A DNA stretch of 64,000 nt from Lama glama (GCA_028534125.1 CM052816.1:4714001-4778000), one strand, 5' to 3'; shown: positions 23,519-35,404, numbered from the stretch's first letter. Numbers and translations: made by a program. Notes: a model not told the origin generated them from the sequence alone.

Positions 23519-24328
23519 TGTGGGCTACTCCAAGAGACCTCATGCCAGCGTCTTTTTACTGCCTTTCAGCTCCAAAATCACTCCTCGTCACCTATATGGT
23601 GAAAATTCAGTTGCATCCTTTAATTTTCATTTCCCAGCTGGCATAATGTTACATTTGTCAGTAGAGGGCGCTGAGGAGACACTTGAGCAGGAAGAGGGTT
23701 TTCCGTGGTTCCAGCATGCTCACTGGGCAGGCATCTGCAGCAGGCAGCTTCCCCATGCACAGGTCCTGCTGTGCAGGCTGCTCCTCCAGCACCAGACTTC
23801 CAGGGTATGCCCAGGTTCTCTAATCTGCACTGGGGGAGCTGGACACACCAGCTTCCCCAGCTCCTGCGGCGTACTAACCTTCTGGAGTACAAAGCGGTCA
23901 GTAGCACTTAGGGGGTTTTACAGCAGAATGCCTCCCAGGGGACACCTCTCTGTGACAGCTTTCTCCAGCACCAGAAAGGATACATTGCCTATCAGTTCTA
24001 GAAGGTGGATTTCCATCAAGTTTTGCCAGCACAGCTCCACGGCAACTTCTCTGCCATTCAATGAGTCACAGCCATGCCCTCACTGGCTGGGTCTGGGTCT
24101 CAGCCTGGAGGTGCAGTGGGGCTCCTACTCAGACACCATCTCAGCCTCAGAGGTAGTGGCCGTTCCTCATGTCTAATACTCCTATCTTCTTCAGAGCTCT
24201 CTCTGCTCCTAGTAGGCAATCTCGCATTACGCTAGTCTCCTGCAATAGTTTAAAATTCCATAAATTAAACTTTCCTTGTTCAAATTACTGTGTGAATACT
24301 GTCTCCTGACTGGTATCAGACTGATACA
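23519..24328 (+). mobile_element. ERVL solo LTR, LTR41-like
   Basis: Ends ATTAAACTTTCCTTGTTCAAATTACTGTGTG...TGTCTCCTGACTGG...GACTGATACA. Internal GTCAGTAGAGGGCGCTG is characteristic of LTR41. Flanks CCATT/GCATT. Confidence 0.75.
23656..23674 (+). promoter_or_regulatory. Candidate CTCF site
   Basis: TGTCAGTAGAGGGCGCTGA versus core CCASYAGRKGGCRS; one mismatch at the first C. Confidence 0.55.
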
Positions 24329-24489
24329 GCATTGTGCAATCATGTACACGCACACAATGGTTCCTAAGTGGGTATATGCTGTTTTAAGGCTTTCCAGAAA
24401 ATAAGAAAGAAAGAAAAATCATCATTAACAACAACAAAAATCTTTTGCTAGGCTAGGGGCAATTACTTTTTTTTTAATTCTGATAGTAG

Positions 24490-24740
24490 TCCTATAAGAC
24501 AAATTTTACAGATGGGAAGTGACAAGTAGGATGGTAAAATTATTGACCCAAGGTTCCAAAGCCATACAGGATGCTGTAGGTAGTAGCAACAAGACTGACA
24601 GCTGAGCCAAAACTGGATATGTCATTTACCTAAGATTAAGGATTAGTCTGACTTTTTTCTTAGCTTCCCTCATAAAAGGCAGGATTCAAACCGAGTCTTT
24701 TGATTCAGAAACGTATGCACTTAATTGCTATAATATACGC
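24490..24740 (-). mobile_element. MIR SINE, degraded
   Basis: ATTTTACAGATGGGAAG...GACCCAAGGT...CAGGATTCAAACCGAG. Confidence 0.6.
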
Positions 24741-24865
24741 ACAACCTCCAAGCCCCGACATTTCATCTGCTGTTTAGGGGGGTGCACTGGGGTAAAAGTC
24801 ACTTTCAGCAGAGACCTCAGGCTTGCCCTGGATTTCTGGGAAGCATGCACTTCATAAAAGTCTTC

Positions 24866-24882
24866 CTTTCACTTTCGCTTCC
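24866..24882 (-). promoter_or_regulatory. Candidate ETS-IRF composite / ISRE-like element
   Basis: The minus strand reads GGAAGCGAAAGTGAAAG: GGAAnnGAAA overlapping GAAAGTGAAAG. Confidence 0.45.
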
Positions 24883-26929
24883 AGAGAGCTATCATGAAAT
24901 GGGAACAGTCAGAGGCTGGTGACGGAAGAAAAACTGATGTCAATCAAGCAGCTTGTTTATGTTGGCATCCAGTGTCCAAAAGAGAAGCCAGCACTTTTAA
25001 TACAGGGGACAATTAGTAGCATTGAGATTGACTGTGTCTCCCCAAAACTGGGAAGACATTTACCTAACATTAAGGATCATTCTTTTTTCCCTAGTCTTGT
25101 CTTTAAAAAAGCCAAAGAGACACCTGCAAAGCATTTGTTGAGGAATTTTTAATAACCTGTTAAATCCCAAGTCATTATTAACAAAATACATGCATCTGCA
25201 GAGGCATAAATATTGTGATCCATTCTCCTCTCGAGAACTCACATTAATCTCCAAGAGAGTGGTACCAACAGATAACTACAAGGAAATCTAACAAACAAGG
25301 ATGTTTTGAAGCACAATCCTTCCTTGGAAAAATAGCTACATCTTTTTTTATTTCAGTTAAGTCCTGGCTTAGAACTCTGTTTTGCTGGAATCAAAGACTG
25401 AGGTGGGCTGCCAACAAGGACTCCCTGGTGCCCGCTGGAGGAAGTCCAGCCCCACAAGCTCGTTGAACTCAAAGCCTTTGGAGAATGGCTTTGCCTTGTT
25501 GGCACAGCGTCATCTTCTCCACGCCCAGGGCTCAGGTTCAGCCAGGACTCATCAGAATAACTCCCCCGTTGTTAGAACACTGAAACACTTCTGTGCCAAG
25601 TAAACAGCCCTTTCCCCAGGGTCTCATCCTCTACTCTCCCACAAGCCACCATTTAAGAAGTTAAGTGCTCAGCACAACCAGGAGACCTCCAGGACCTATC
25701 TCAGGCCTCTGCCAGAATAAATTTTGGTTTATCAGTGTTCCTGCCAACCCACCCCCCAAACTCCTGGATTTTGTGTGGCCTTGGCCAAAGAAGTTAAGGA
25801 CATCAACAGAAAAAAGGGCATTTCTGACAGTGGTACCTGTTACCAACATCCTGGTGGACCAATAACTACGAGCATCTACCCCCAGGGGTGGATAATATGG
25901 GCTGCTGGTAGTAACTGTGGCCTCTGGGTGACTCCAGCTGTAGGAGATTCTGGGTTCAACAGGGGAGAAATGGAAGAGCAGGCAGGCTGGCAGTAATAGG
26001 GTCCACTGCAGATACTGGCCAAGCACTGTGGCTTCTATCACTAAAGTGGGTTCTACTGGGCACTCCAACAATAGGAAGGAGGCAACATATAAAGACACAA
26101 CCCAAAGGAGTAGGTTTAGGTCAGGTGGGGAGCATGCTGGATGTGGGCCTCCTTTAAACTATCCCCATTGAATTCCACCTCCCTTTAATGGGATAAGTTG
26201 TTAAAACCTCAATTCTCACCCAACGTGAGCATTAACATTTACCCATAAAAATGAGAACTGTCACATGCACAGCATGAACTATACTAACTGCATATTAACG
26301 TATTTGAATGCTGGAAACATCACGGTCATATCCCCATTTTACAGAGAAAGAAACTCAGGCACAGGAAGGTGTTTTAAATTTAAGATTTAAACCAGGCATT
26401 CCATCAACAGAGCTGTGTCTCCCCTCTTCCAGCCTGAAGGATTAAGCTTGACCTAATCAAATATGGCATTCCAATACACTTTGTGTGACATGTTTGGCAG
26501 AGACATTGAATATTTTAAAGCTTCAGACGGTACTATAAGAGCTGAGAACTTGGTTGTGACTGGTGTAAGTTCAGCAGAAGCTGAAATGATTCAACGCCAT
26601 GAACACTGATGGGAAAGTCACTGGAAGGATTTGATGCAGTTCCTTATGTCAAATCACAACTCACACAGGGCACTGTTTAGCTAGCAACAGATCAAATTAA
26701 AGGGCCCAACAATTTTCTAACACTAAAACGTAGTATAGAAATGATCAGAATATCATGAATAAGTTTTACTATACACTATCTATGGCCAGCACTTGTAAAC
26801 AAATCATTTCGTTATCTTAGAGAATAAAGGGGATATAGGTTACTAATTTTATTTATGTTATTACCACAACAAGACCCATAGGTTTTTTTTTACACTTTTA
26901 TATCAAATGAAAGGTTCTTTAAATTCTAT

Positions 26930-27790
26930 ACTGCTTTACAATTTTCAAGTTTCGCATACATGATTTCATATCACCCCATAATAACCCTTTCCTCTCCTAT
27001 CCCTGCATTGCCCCGTCCCCATTCCCTCTCCCCACAGGTAACCCCTAGTTTGTTCTCTGTAATCTGTCAGTCTGTTTCTTTTTTGTTTTATTCATTAGTT
27101 TGTTATATATTTTTTGAGATTCCACATATAAGTGACTATCATGCACTGTTTGTCTTTCTCTGTCTGATTTATTTCACTTAGCATAACACCCTCTAAGTCC
27201 ACCCATGTTCCAAGGCAAAGTTCCATCTGTTTTATGGCTGAGTAGTATTTCATTGTGTATATATATGTACCACATCTTTATCTCTTCATTTGTCAATGGA
27301 CACTGAGGTTGCTGCCATACTTTGGCAAATGTAAATAAGGCAGCTATGAACACTGGGGTGCATGTATCTTTTCAAATTAGTGGTTTTTTCAGCTATATAC
27401 CCAGGAGTGAAATTGCTGGGTCATACGGTAGTTCTACTTTTAGATTTTTGAGAAACCTCCGTACTGTTTTCCACAGTGGCTGCACCAATTTACATTCCCA
27501 CCAGCAGTGTATGAGGGTCCATTTCTCTTGACACCCTTGCCAACATTTGTTATCTCTGTTCTTTTTGATGACAGCCATTCTGACCAATGTGAGGTGTTAT
27601 CTCACTGTGGTTTTGATCTGCATTTCCCTGATGATTGGCAATGTTGAGCATCTTTTCACATGCCTGTTGACCATCTGCATTTCCTCTTTGGAAAAATGTC
27701 TGTTCAGTGCTTCTGCCCATTTTTCAACTGAAGTTTGTGTTTGTTTGATGTCGAGTTGTATGAGGTATTTATACATGCTGGTCATTACTC
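26930..27790 (-). mobile_element. L1, 5'-truncated (ORF2 C-terminal remnant plus 3' UTR)
   Basis: Translates to [26 protein letters not shown] and [26 protein letters not shown]...[12 protein letters not shown], the L1 ORF2p cysteine-rich C-terminus, broken by a stop. Confidence 0.95.
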
Positions 27791-27983
27791 ATGTTTTAAT
27801 TTCAACCTAGTCCATGCCCCAACATCATGATCCCCTCCAAACTCCCCTCCAAGCTTGTTCGTTAGCTTTAACTCCTACAATGACCTTCGCCAGTCCCATT
27901 ATCTCACTCAATTCAACCATTCAGATCATTCTTAAAGCTTTTCCCTCAAGTTCCACTTAACCTGACTTTTCATCCTAACTGCC

Positions 27984-28416
27984 TGTAGTAGGTTGAACAG
28001 TGTCCTCCAGAATTCATGTCTACCTGAAACCTCAGAATGCAACCTCATTTGGAAATAGGATCTTTGCAGATGGAATTAGTTAAAATAAGGTCATACCGGA
28101 GAAGAGTGGGCCTTAAAGCCAGTGACTGGTGTCCTTATAAGAAGAGGGAAGGACATACAGAGAGACCCAGAAGCAGCCATGTGATGACAGAGGCAGAGAT
28201 TGAAGCGATGCAACTACAAGTCAAGGAACAACAAGGATTTCAAGGTAAGAAAGGCCAGCAGGACACCAGTTTCTCCCTCAGAAACTCCACATGGAACCAA
28301 CCTCACCAAGACCTTGATTTTAGACTTCTGGCCTCCTGAACTGTGAAAGAATAAATCTGTTGTTTTAAGCCACCCAGTTTGTGGAAATTTTTTTTAACAG
28401 CCCTAGGGAACATACA
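27984..28416 (+). mobile_element. MaLR solo LTR, MLT1C-like
   Basis: TGTAGTAGGTTGAA...AGAATGCAACCTCATTTGGAAATAGG...GAATAAATCTGTTGTTTTAAGCCACCCAGTTTGTGG...ATACA. Confidence 0.9.
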
Positions 28417-28440
28417 TGGCCCTTAACACCTATGGTCTAC

Positions 28441-28629
28441 CAGGAGTTCCCACATTTTAGGGTGTGTTAGAATCACCTGGAAAGCTTATTAAACCAGATT
28501 AGGGGCCCCCAGCCCGAGTTTATGATTTAGTAGATCCGAGGCGAAGGAGGTCTGAGACTGTACATCTAACGAGTTGCCAGGTGATGCTCATGTTGCCGGT
28601 CTGGGGACCGAGCACACTGAGAACCACTG
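28441..28629. mobile_element. MER5A hAT-Charlie MITE
   Basis: AGAATCACCTGGAAAGCTTATTAAA...CCAGGTGATGCT...TGAGAACCACTG. Confidence 0.85.
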
Positions 28630-28859
28630 GTCCATACCAGGCCCCTTAGCACTTGATAGCATTCAGTTTAGAACTTCATTACATCATGTCTTACATCATG
28701 TTTATCACCAGTTCACAATACAAGGTCTGCCCTCCCCGTGATCCCGTGAGTGCGACAAAATCCATGCTTTAACATACGTTCCTTTACCCACAGGGCATAA
28801 TGGTGGCTGGAATACTGATAAATTGAATAGTCCAAGCCTAAAAGTTGAAAGCACCAACT

Positions 28860-29010
28860 TTATGCACTTAAACATCATTTCCTTTTTCTAAAATGGGACG
28901 GTGGTATTTAAAAGGAATTTTTGTGAAGAATGAATAGATAACTCACGTAAAATGCCTATGATGTTGCCTGGCCTCTAGAATGCGTACAGCAGATGTTAAG
29001 TACTATTATT
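28860..29010 (+). mobile_element. MIR SINE 3' part
   Basis: TTTCCTTTTTCTAAAATGGG...TGTGAAGAATGAATAGATAA. Confidence 0.65.
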
Positions 29011-30754
29011 TTTTAATGTTGTTTACTAATGTACCTTCTCCACACCTAGACAGAATCATCTGAAGCAACAGATATGCCAAAGCTGAAACCCAGAACTTGT
29101 CAGAAGTCTAAACCAAGAGGTTATAACTCTGTACACGTGATGTAGCTGGAGGAACTGCTGCTCATGGGTAACATTACACATAAACCACCTGCACACCTGC
29201 ACTGACTCCAGACTGGCAAGGCACTAACACTTCCAGAAGGTTGCTTGCAGCTATAGTATACCCCAGTCACTTCACTTATAATAGAAGAACTCTAAGTTTG
29301 AGGAAAACATTATGGCTAAGTCAGGACATGCTTGACACCAAGACAGCAAATACTGAGCCTCTTCTCCCAGGAGGTCAGTTACTTCGATTAAGGGGTGGAA
29401 GGTAAAAGCTCAAGAGTAGAACAAATAACACAAAGTTTAGAGCTTGCAGAGAGATGGGTGGCATAGACAGAATTTCAACTCAACAGCAGTGTGCCAGGCA
29501 GTGTGCTAAATTTGGGCAATGCACAGGTGAAAAATGCCAGCAAGGTTCCTACCCAGGTGAGCCTTAGAGTGAAAGAGGGTTAGAGTTAACATGGGTTTAA
29601 GTGAATATCAGAGTCACCTCCAAGCCAGAGACAGTGAAGAGAACTCAAATAATTAAATTGCTGGGCTGGCTATTCCTTAGCCCTCTCAGCTGAGATCAAT
29701 GCCATTCTCAAGGAGGAAAGTCCAGTGGTATACAGGTGGATGGTGAGAATTCTCAGACATATTCCCCAGTAAAGCATCACGTCAGCTGTTGGTCACACTC
29801 TGCCCTTCTCCTTTGGTCCAGTTACTCAGCTCTTTCCCAGTTCCTTCAAGACAAAACCTTTCTTTATATTCCAGTTTCAGAACCTCAGCTCCTGATTATT
29901 CTCTGTGCTCTGCTTCATTAGTCTCTCTGCTTTGGTTATCCCCCCAAATCTAGTTCTTTCCAGGTCTGTTTCCCACTGTCTTGTTCCATTCCCTGGAGCT
30001 GAGTCATCACTACCTCCCAGAAGCTCAATGTCCAACTCACCCATTCTCTGCCTCCTACTGACTAGAAACCTCCTTGAGGCCAACTACCTATGGCACAGAC
30101 CTCTCCTGATTCCTGGACCCCTCTGGTTCCCGAGTCCCAGCCTTTCAACAGTTCATCCAATCTGGCCAACCATGTTCTCTAAGCCTTGTTATGAAGAGGC
30201 CGATGTTCAGTCCAACTGGAAAAGAAATAAGAAACAGCGTCCAAAAAAGGCCAGAGGCAGGGTCCCAGATCCCACTATGGACAAAGAGTATGCTGGCAGA
30301 AAGCAAAAACCAAAAATCAAAAGGAGAGTAAGAGATGAGAAAGAGAAAAGGCTCCTACTCATAACCATGGCATTTGACTATAGCCAGGCTCACCTCTCAG
30401 TCCCATGTCCAAGCTTCCAGTGTCAGTGAAGTAGGAAAGTCTTTCTCAAAACTGCATTGTATTCTTTCCCTACCCACAAAGGGAATGGTCTACTGGCTGG
30501 GAAACAGCTCAGAGCAAATGGATACCTTTCTGTCGCTTTCTCATCAAGTGTCACTCAAAGAGTAGCAAGATTCATGTTGCAAGGAACCATGTCACACAGC
30601 CATCGCAGTGGACGTAGATAATGATAGAAGCCAGTACTGACCAACATCTCAAAGGCAACAGGTAGCACAAAATGAGGACATGGATAATCCTCTGAATTGA
30701 AGTGCATATTCATCTTCAAAGCCAACTGCTGCCCACAGAAGTAGGAAGATGATA

Positions 30755-30889
30755 CAGTGGGCCCCCTGTATTCATGGATGCAGAACCCACAGACACAGAA
30801 CCTACAGATATGGACAGTTGGCATCCTCAGATTTTGTTATCCACGGGGGCCCTGGAACCAATTCCCCCACACCTACTGAGGGACCACTA
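30755..30889 (-). mobile_element. Tigger-family MITE (MER2/Tigger3-like), internally deleted
   Basis: TA-CAGTGGGCCCCCTGTAT ... TATCCACGGGGGCCCTGGAACCAATTCCCC...GAGGGACCACT. Confidence 0.7.
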
Positions 30890-32364
30890 CTCAAAAAGGC
30901 ACAAAGGAGAACTCCACGGCAGGTGTGAAAGAATGAGACCAGGGGCCTGCTTTGTTCAGCTTTTCCTTGAAAGTTAGTGCTAAGATGAGAAAGCATGTTT
31001 TCACAAACCTCAACACGCATCCTAACCCCTTTCTGATACTCATCCTGACCCAACTACCTCGTTCCTTCCTTTATGCTCACGAAATAGGAACAGCAGACAG
31101 TGAGCTAGCACCCACAGAGCCAAGTGCTGGAGCATCATCAGGGACAGGACACAGGTGGCCTCTTCTCTCGTGAAGGCAGGTAGAGAAGATGAACAAAAAT
31201 TTTACAGTAATTAATGACCTTGATAACATATGCTGAAGAGGAAGACAGGAAGAATGTTAAGGTGAGTCTGACGCACTCTTCCAGCCAGAGAGAAAGCTGC
31301 TGGAAACTCTCCCCAAGACCCAAGTTACACTGCTGATAGGTACTCTGTATCAACATGGGGTGTTACTTATGTCTTCATGAATTTAATTAGCCAGTGGTTT
31401 CCACTGGTTCACTTCCTTTGTTTTCTAGTTGAGCAACTTTCTAGATTGTTAGGATCTTTCACAACTTGCAAGGTAAGGGTAAGCCTTTCTTTTAAATGAG
31501 CCCTGGGGTTTCTCCAGGACTTAGACATGGTTTTAGGAAATGCCTAGAGCATGGAACTTAAAGCCAAAACCAAAACAGGAGAAGACCGCAAGAAATAGAT
31601 GGAGTCCTAGTTCCAGCTGCAACATGCTTTATCTAAAGGAGAATATCGTTCAGTTCAAAAAAATTGACAGAATAAGGCTTAGATTTAATACAGATTATAA
31701 CGTCACCATGCGATACAGTTTTCACTCTGCCTTGGCTTTCCAAGCAGTAACTTTGCTTTATTAACCTCCTTCATATCTGGGTTGAAATTGACTCTACAAT
31801 AAAAACAATCTTCTGTAGAAATGTTTCTTTTTACCTCAGAGATCCCATCTAATTCCTGTGGAATATTTAAAGCCACTTTGCAGACAGGACACAGGACCAA
31901 CAGGACCGCAGACATGTCCTAGTCACCATCATTCACAATAAGGACCTATAAAATAGCCAGTGCAACAGAGAGGCTAATTCCTGTCCCCAAGGTATTTAAC
32001 CCAGTGCATATATAGCCCAACTTTAGTCTTATATCCTCCAGTCAGTCAGTGAGTCCGTGAAATTTACTGGGCACCCACCAAACTCACTTTGAAAGTGTTC
32101 AAAACGAATAAGGGATGTAGTTCCTTCATTCACTCATGGTCTCTAGCTCCTCAGATACAACTCAATGGTCCTTAATATCTAGACATGAAAACAGTGCAAA
32201 TGAATTAAATAGATTCAGGTGGGGTTGCACAGCTGGCACATAAAAGGCTTATTGAATGAAAAACATGGATCAGTCTAATCAAGCTTCGGTTAGCTTGAGC
32301 CCCATAGCTTAGTGTTCTCCTTCCATATGAAGGTGAGAAATAGCCAGTGCAAAACAGAGTGAAC

Positions 32365-32514
32365 GGGGGGAGGATGTAGCTCAGGGGCAGACTGCATGCC
32401 TAGCATGCATGAGGTCCTGGGTCCAATCCCCAGTGCCTCCACTAAAAATGAACAAATAAACCTAATTACCTACCCCCTCCAAAACAAAAACAAAAAAACA
32501 AACAAGCAAAAAAT
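32365..32514 (+). mobile_element. Camelid tRNA-Ala-derived SINE, long form
   Basis: GGGGAGGATGTAGCTCAG...CTAGCATGCATGAGGTCCTGGG...CCTAATTACC...A-rich tail. TSD AAAA(C)CAGAGTGAA at 32351-32363 and 32515-32528. Confidence 0.92.
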
Positions 32515-32809
32515 AAAACCAGAGTGAATGAAGGTAGAATGTAAAATGTAATTGCTTCTGGCACCCCAGTGGGCAGTGAAACTTAGGGAAGTGCTATTCA
32601 AAGTTCCAGTCTCCAGTCTGCATTTAGGTCAGGATGTACATCAACACACAGCTTCCTCCATCAAGAGAGTTTTGTCCCCGTCCCCCCAAAATTGCCATCT
32701 AACCTCATGATATAGTTGATCTGCATGCTAGCACAAGCTCCTTATGTCATCAAGGACGGGGAACAGTTTAGAGACCTCGGCCGGTCCTAATACCACACTT
32801 GCAGTAGAG

Positions 32810-33030
32810 CTGTTTTAAGAAGTAAGAGCTCAGACTCTGGAGTTCGGAGCACCGAGACTTAAATCACGAGATCATCGCCAATGAATATGTAACTCTGGGC
32901 AAATAGTTCTCTTTGCCTCAGTCTACTCATTTCTCAAACAGGGATAATACCATCCACTGTGTTGAGTCATTGTGAGGATGACACGAGAAAGTACCTGAAA
33001 TATTTAACATGAAATGTGGCATATGATGAA
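32810..33030 (+). mobile_element. MIR SINE
   Basis: AAGAGCTCAGACTCTGGAG...TGGGCAAAT...GCCTCAGT...GGGATAATA. Confidence 0.8.
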
Positions 33031-34454
33031 CAACAGGGGATGGTTTCTTAGCCTTACAATCCAGGTCCTTAATATTCCTCTTCTCTACATAGTAGAAGTT
33101 TATAAGGAAACTCAGAGGTAACAGTACTATATCCAACTCAAAATGAATTCTTTCTCCTCATGACTTCTACTCCTTGCTGCGGAGAACAAATAGACAATGG
33201 GGTACAGAGAAATGATGGCTGAACTAAAGGCCAGAGTTGCCAGGTTCTAGTTCTGACTTGTACAGAAAAAGGGGGCGGAGGGGCAATTGCTTTAATTCCC
33301 TGAGCCACAATGTCCTCATCTTTTAAACACAAATGTAGCTGTTCCAGGAGGACCCCTCCACGTGAGGCTTCAGAGAGCTCACGGGGCACGCGTGCCCGCT
33401 CTGGTCCAGGGTCACCCATTCGCAAGTTCCTCCAGCTACCTGCCACCTGGGATTCTCCTGGATGACGTCCTCTGCAGTGTCCCTCTTCATTCCCCAGCCA
33501 AGCAGGAAAGCGCTGTGCAAGCAACGCCCAGACTGTGTCACTATCGATCAGATCCCCCGGCCGCCTCTGGGAACCCACTCCGTGAGTTAGCTACTCATTG
33601 TGAAAAAGCCATTTATCCTCAAATCCCTGAGCACAGAGCCCTTTCAGGTTGGGGCCCTCTTGTTTTTTGAACCTTGTTGCTTCTAATTGGTTGTGACGTC
33701 CCCCTTCTCCATCTGCCAGGGAATATTCTCCCCTGCTTTTTTCTTCCTGGCTTTCTAGACTTTTTAATTTTTTTTTTTTAATTCTGGGGCTTGGGGAATC
33801 CTTGTGGACTTCATACAATAAGAGAGATCTTAAAACATCAGCCGGTAGGAAAGAAAGAGACATGCAGACAGAAGGACAGACCCATCTGCAAAGATACTGA
33901 CCTAAATTTGGAAACACTCGCTGGGCAGGGAGGGCACAGAGAATATTCAGAGAAGGAGCAGAGCAGTTAGTAGGATCCAGTTCTATCCTATGGGTAGGAT
34001 TTGTCATCAGGAGGCCTCCGAAGTGGTCTAGGTCCAACTTGTATGTGTATGAAAATGGCCTCAGAAATCTTTCTCCTCACCCTTTGCTCCTGGCTGCATG
34101 GAATGGAAGACAAACGCATTATGAACTGCAAAGGGACAACAAATAGACCAGTATCCTTTTACAATGCAAAGTCTAATTCAGTAGGTCTAGATTCTGAATT
34201 TGTAAACAAACTCCCAGGTCATGCCGGTGCTGCCAGGTTCTAAGCAAGCTATAGACATGAGTGGCTAATAAAACGGACAAACTGTGAACAAGCAACATAA
34301 GAAGCAGCAGACACCTTTCCTCGAATCAGGCTGAGCAACAATCACAAGGAAGCATCTACAAGGAAGCGTCTATTTGCACCTGTAACAGACACTTGCAGGT
34401 TCCCCGTTTGTGCGAGGTACGGATGCTGTAAGCTGTGTTCTCTAAACAAAGCAA

Positions 34455-34655
34455 AATTGCTATCCAGGGTCTTTTGTGTTTCCATACAAATTTTTAAATT
34501 GTCTGTTCCAGTTCTGTGAAAAATGCCACTGTAATTTGACAGGGATTGCCCTGACTCTGTAGATTGCCTTGGGTAGTATGACCATTTTAATAATATTGAT
34601 TCTTCCGACCCAAGAACGCGGTGTATCTTTCCATCTGTTTGTGTCTCCTTGGATT
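34455..34655 (-). mobile_element. Isolated internal L1 ORF2 fragment
   Basis: Translates to [30 protein letters not shown], the L1 ORF2p region just after the RT domain. Confidence 0.92.
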
Positions 34656-34779
34656 GATGCACAAAGTCTGCTTTGAGCACTCAGCAGAGTACTGAGCAGT
34701 GAGCACGCAGGAGAAATACACAGGGGAAGACAACCCACCCCACGGATGAGAGAACAGTTCCCTGTGACCGTCACCTGAC

Positions 34780-35070
34780 CTGCCCAGACCTGCAAATCTG
34801 AAAATCTAAAACACAGAGATCTGTATTTTAACAGACTCTCCAGGCAATACTCCGACACACACTCAATTCTGAGAACCACTGCCTTGGATAGCGGCATTCA
34901 ACCCTGGCCTAATGCCAGAATCATCTGGTCAGTCTAGAAAGTTCTGATGTCGAAGGCTCTAACTACAGAACAAGCAAATCAACCTCTGACTCAGTAGGGA
35001 GTGTGACCCATGAATCTGCATTTCTAACAAGTTTCTGGGTGGCCTGGGAACCACTCTTTGAGAACCACTC
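34780..35070. mobile_element. Two adjacent MER5-family MITE remnants
   Basis: Two ends TGAGAACCACT near 34880 and 35069; GAATCTGCATTTCTAACAAG. Confidence 0.7.
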
Positions 35071-35152
35071 GTCAAGCGTCTGAAGTCTGGGAGCCGAGCA
35101 GCTCTACCTGTGGGGAGAAGACCCCACAGCAAGAAATTAGAATCTACAGGTA

Positions 35153-35404
35153 CTGGGGGGGAGAGGTGGGAAGGGACAGACTGGGAGTTCAAAATTTGTA
35201 GATACTGACAGGCATATGTAGAGTGGATAAATAAGACTATACTGTGTAGCACAGGAAAATATATTGTGGTAGCTCACAGCGAAAAAAAGGTAACAATGAA
35301 TATATGTATGTTCACGTATAACTGAAAAATTGTGCTCTACGCTGGAATTTGACACAACATTGTAAACTGACTATAACTCAATAAAAAGTGTTTATTTAAA
35401 AAAA
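35153..35404 (+). mobile_element. Lineage-specific L1 3' end with poly-A
   Basis: GGGAGTTCAAAATTTGTAGATAC...GACACAACATTGTAAACTGACTATAACTCAATAAAAA. TSD AATCTACAGGTA / AACCTACAGTTA. Confidence 0.88.

Noticed and set aside
23520..24176. Longest ORF (218 aa, +)
   Set aside because: It lies wholly inside the LTR41-like solo LTR, starts at GTG and shows no recognisable protein features.
27393..27785. ORFs with clear protein similarity
   Set aside because: They are L1 ORF2p remnants in a truncated, stop-interrupted element, not a host gene.
29905..30429. 174-aa ORF with a basic, NLS-like stretch
   Set aside because: Non-ATG start. The composition follows a pyrimidine-rich then purine-rich DNA tract, and I recognise no domain or exon boundaries.
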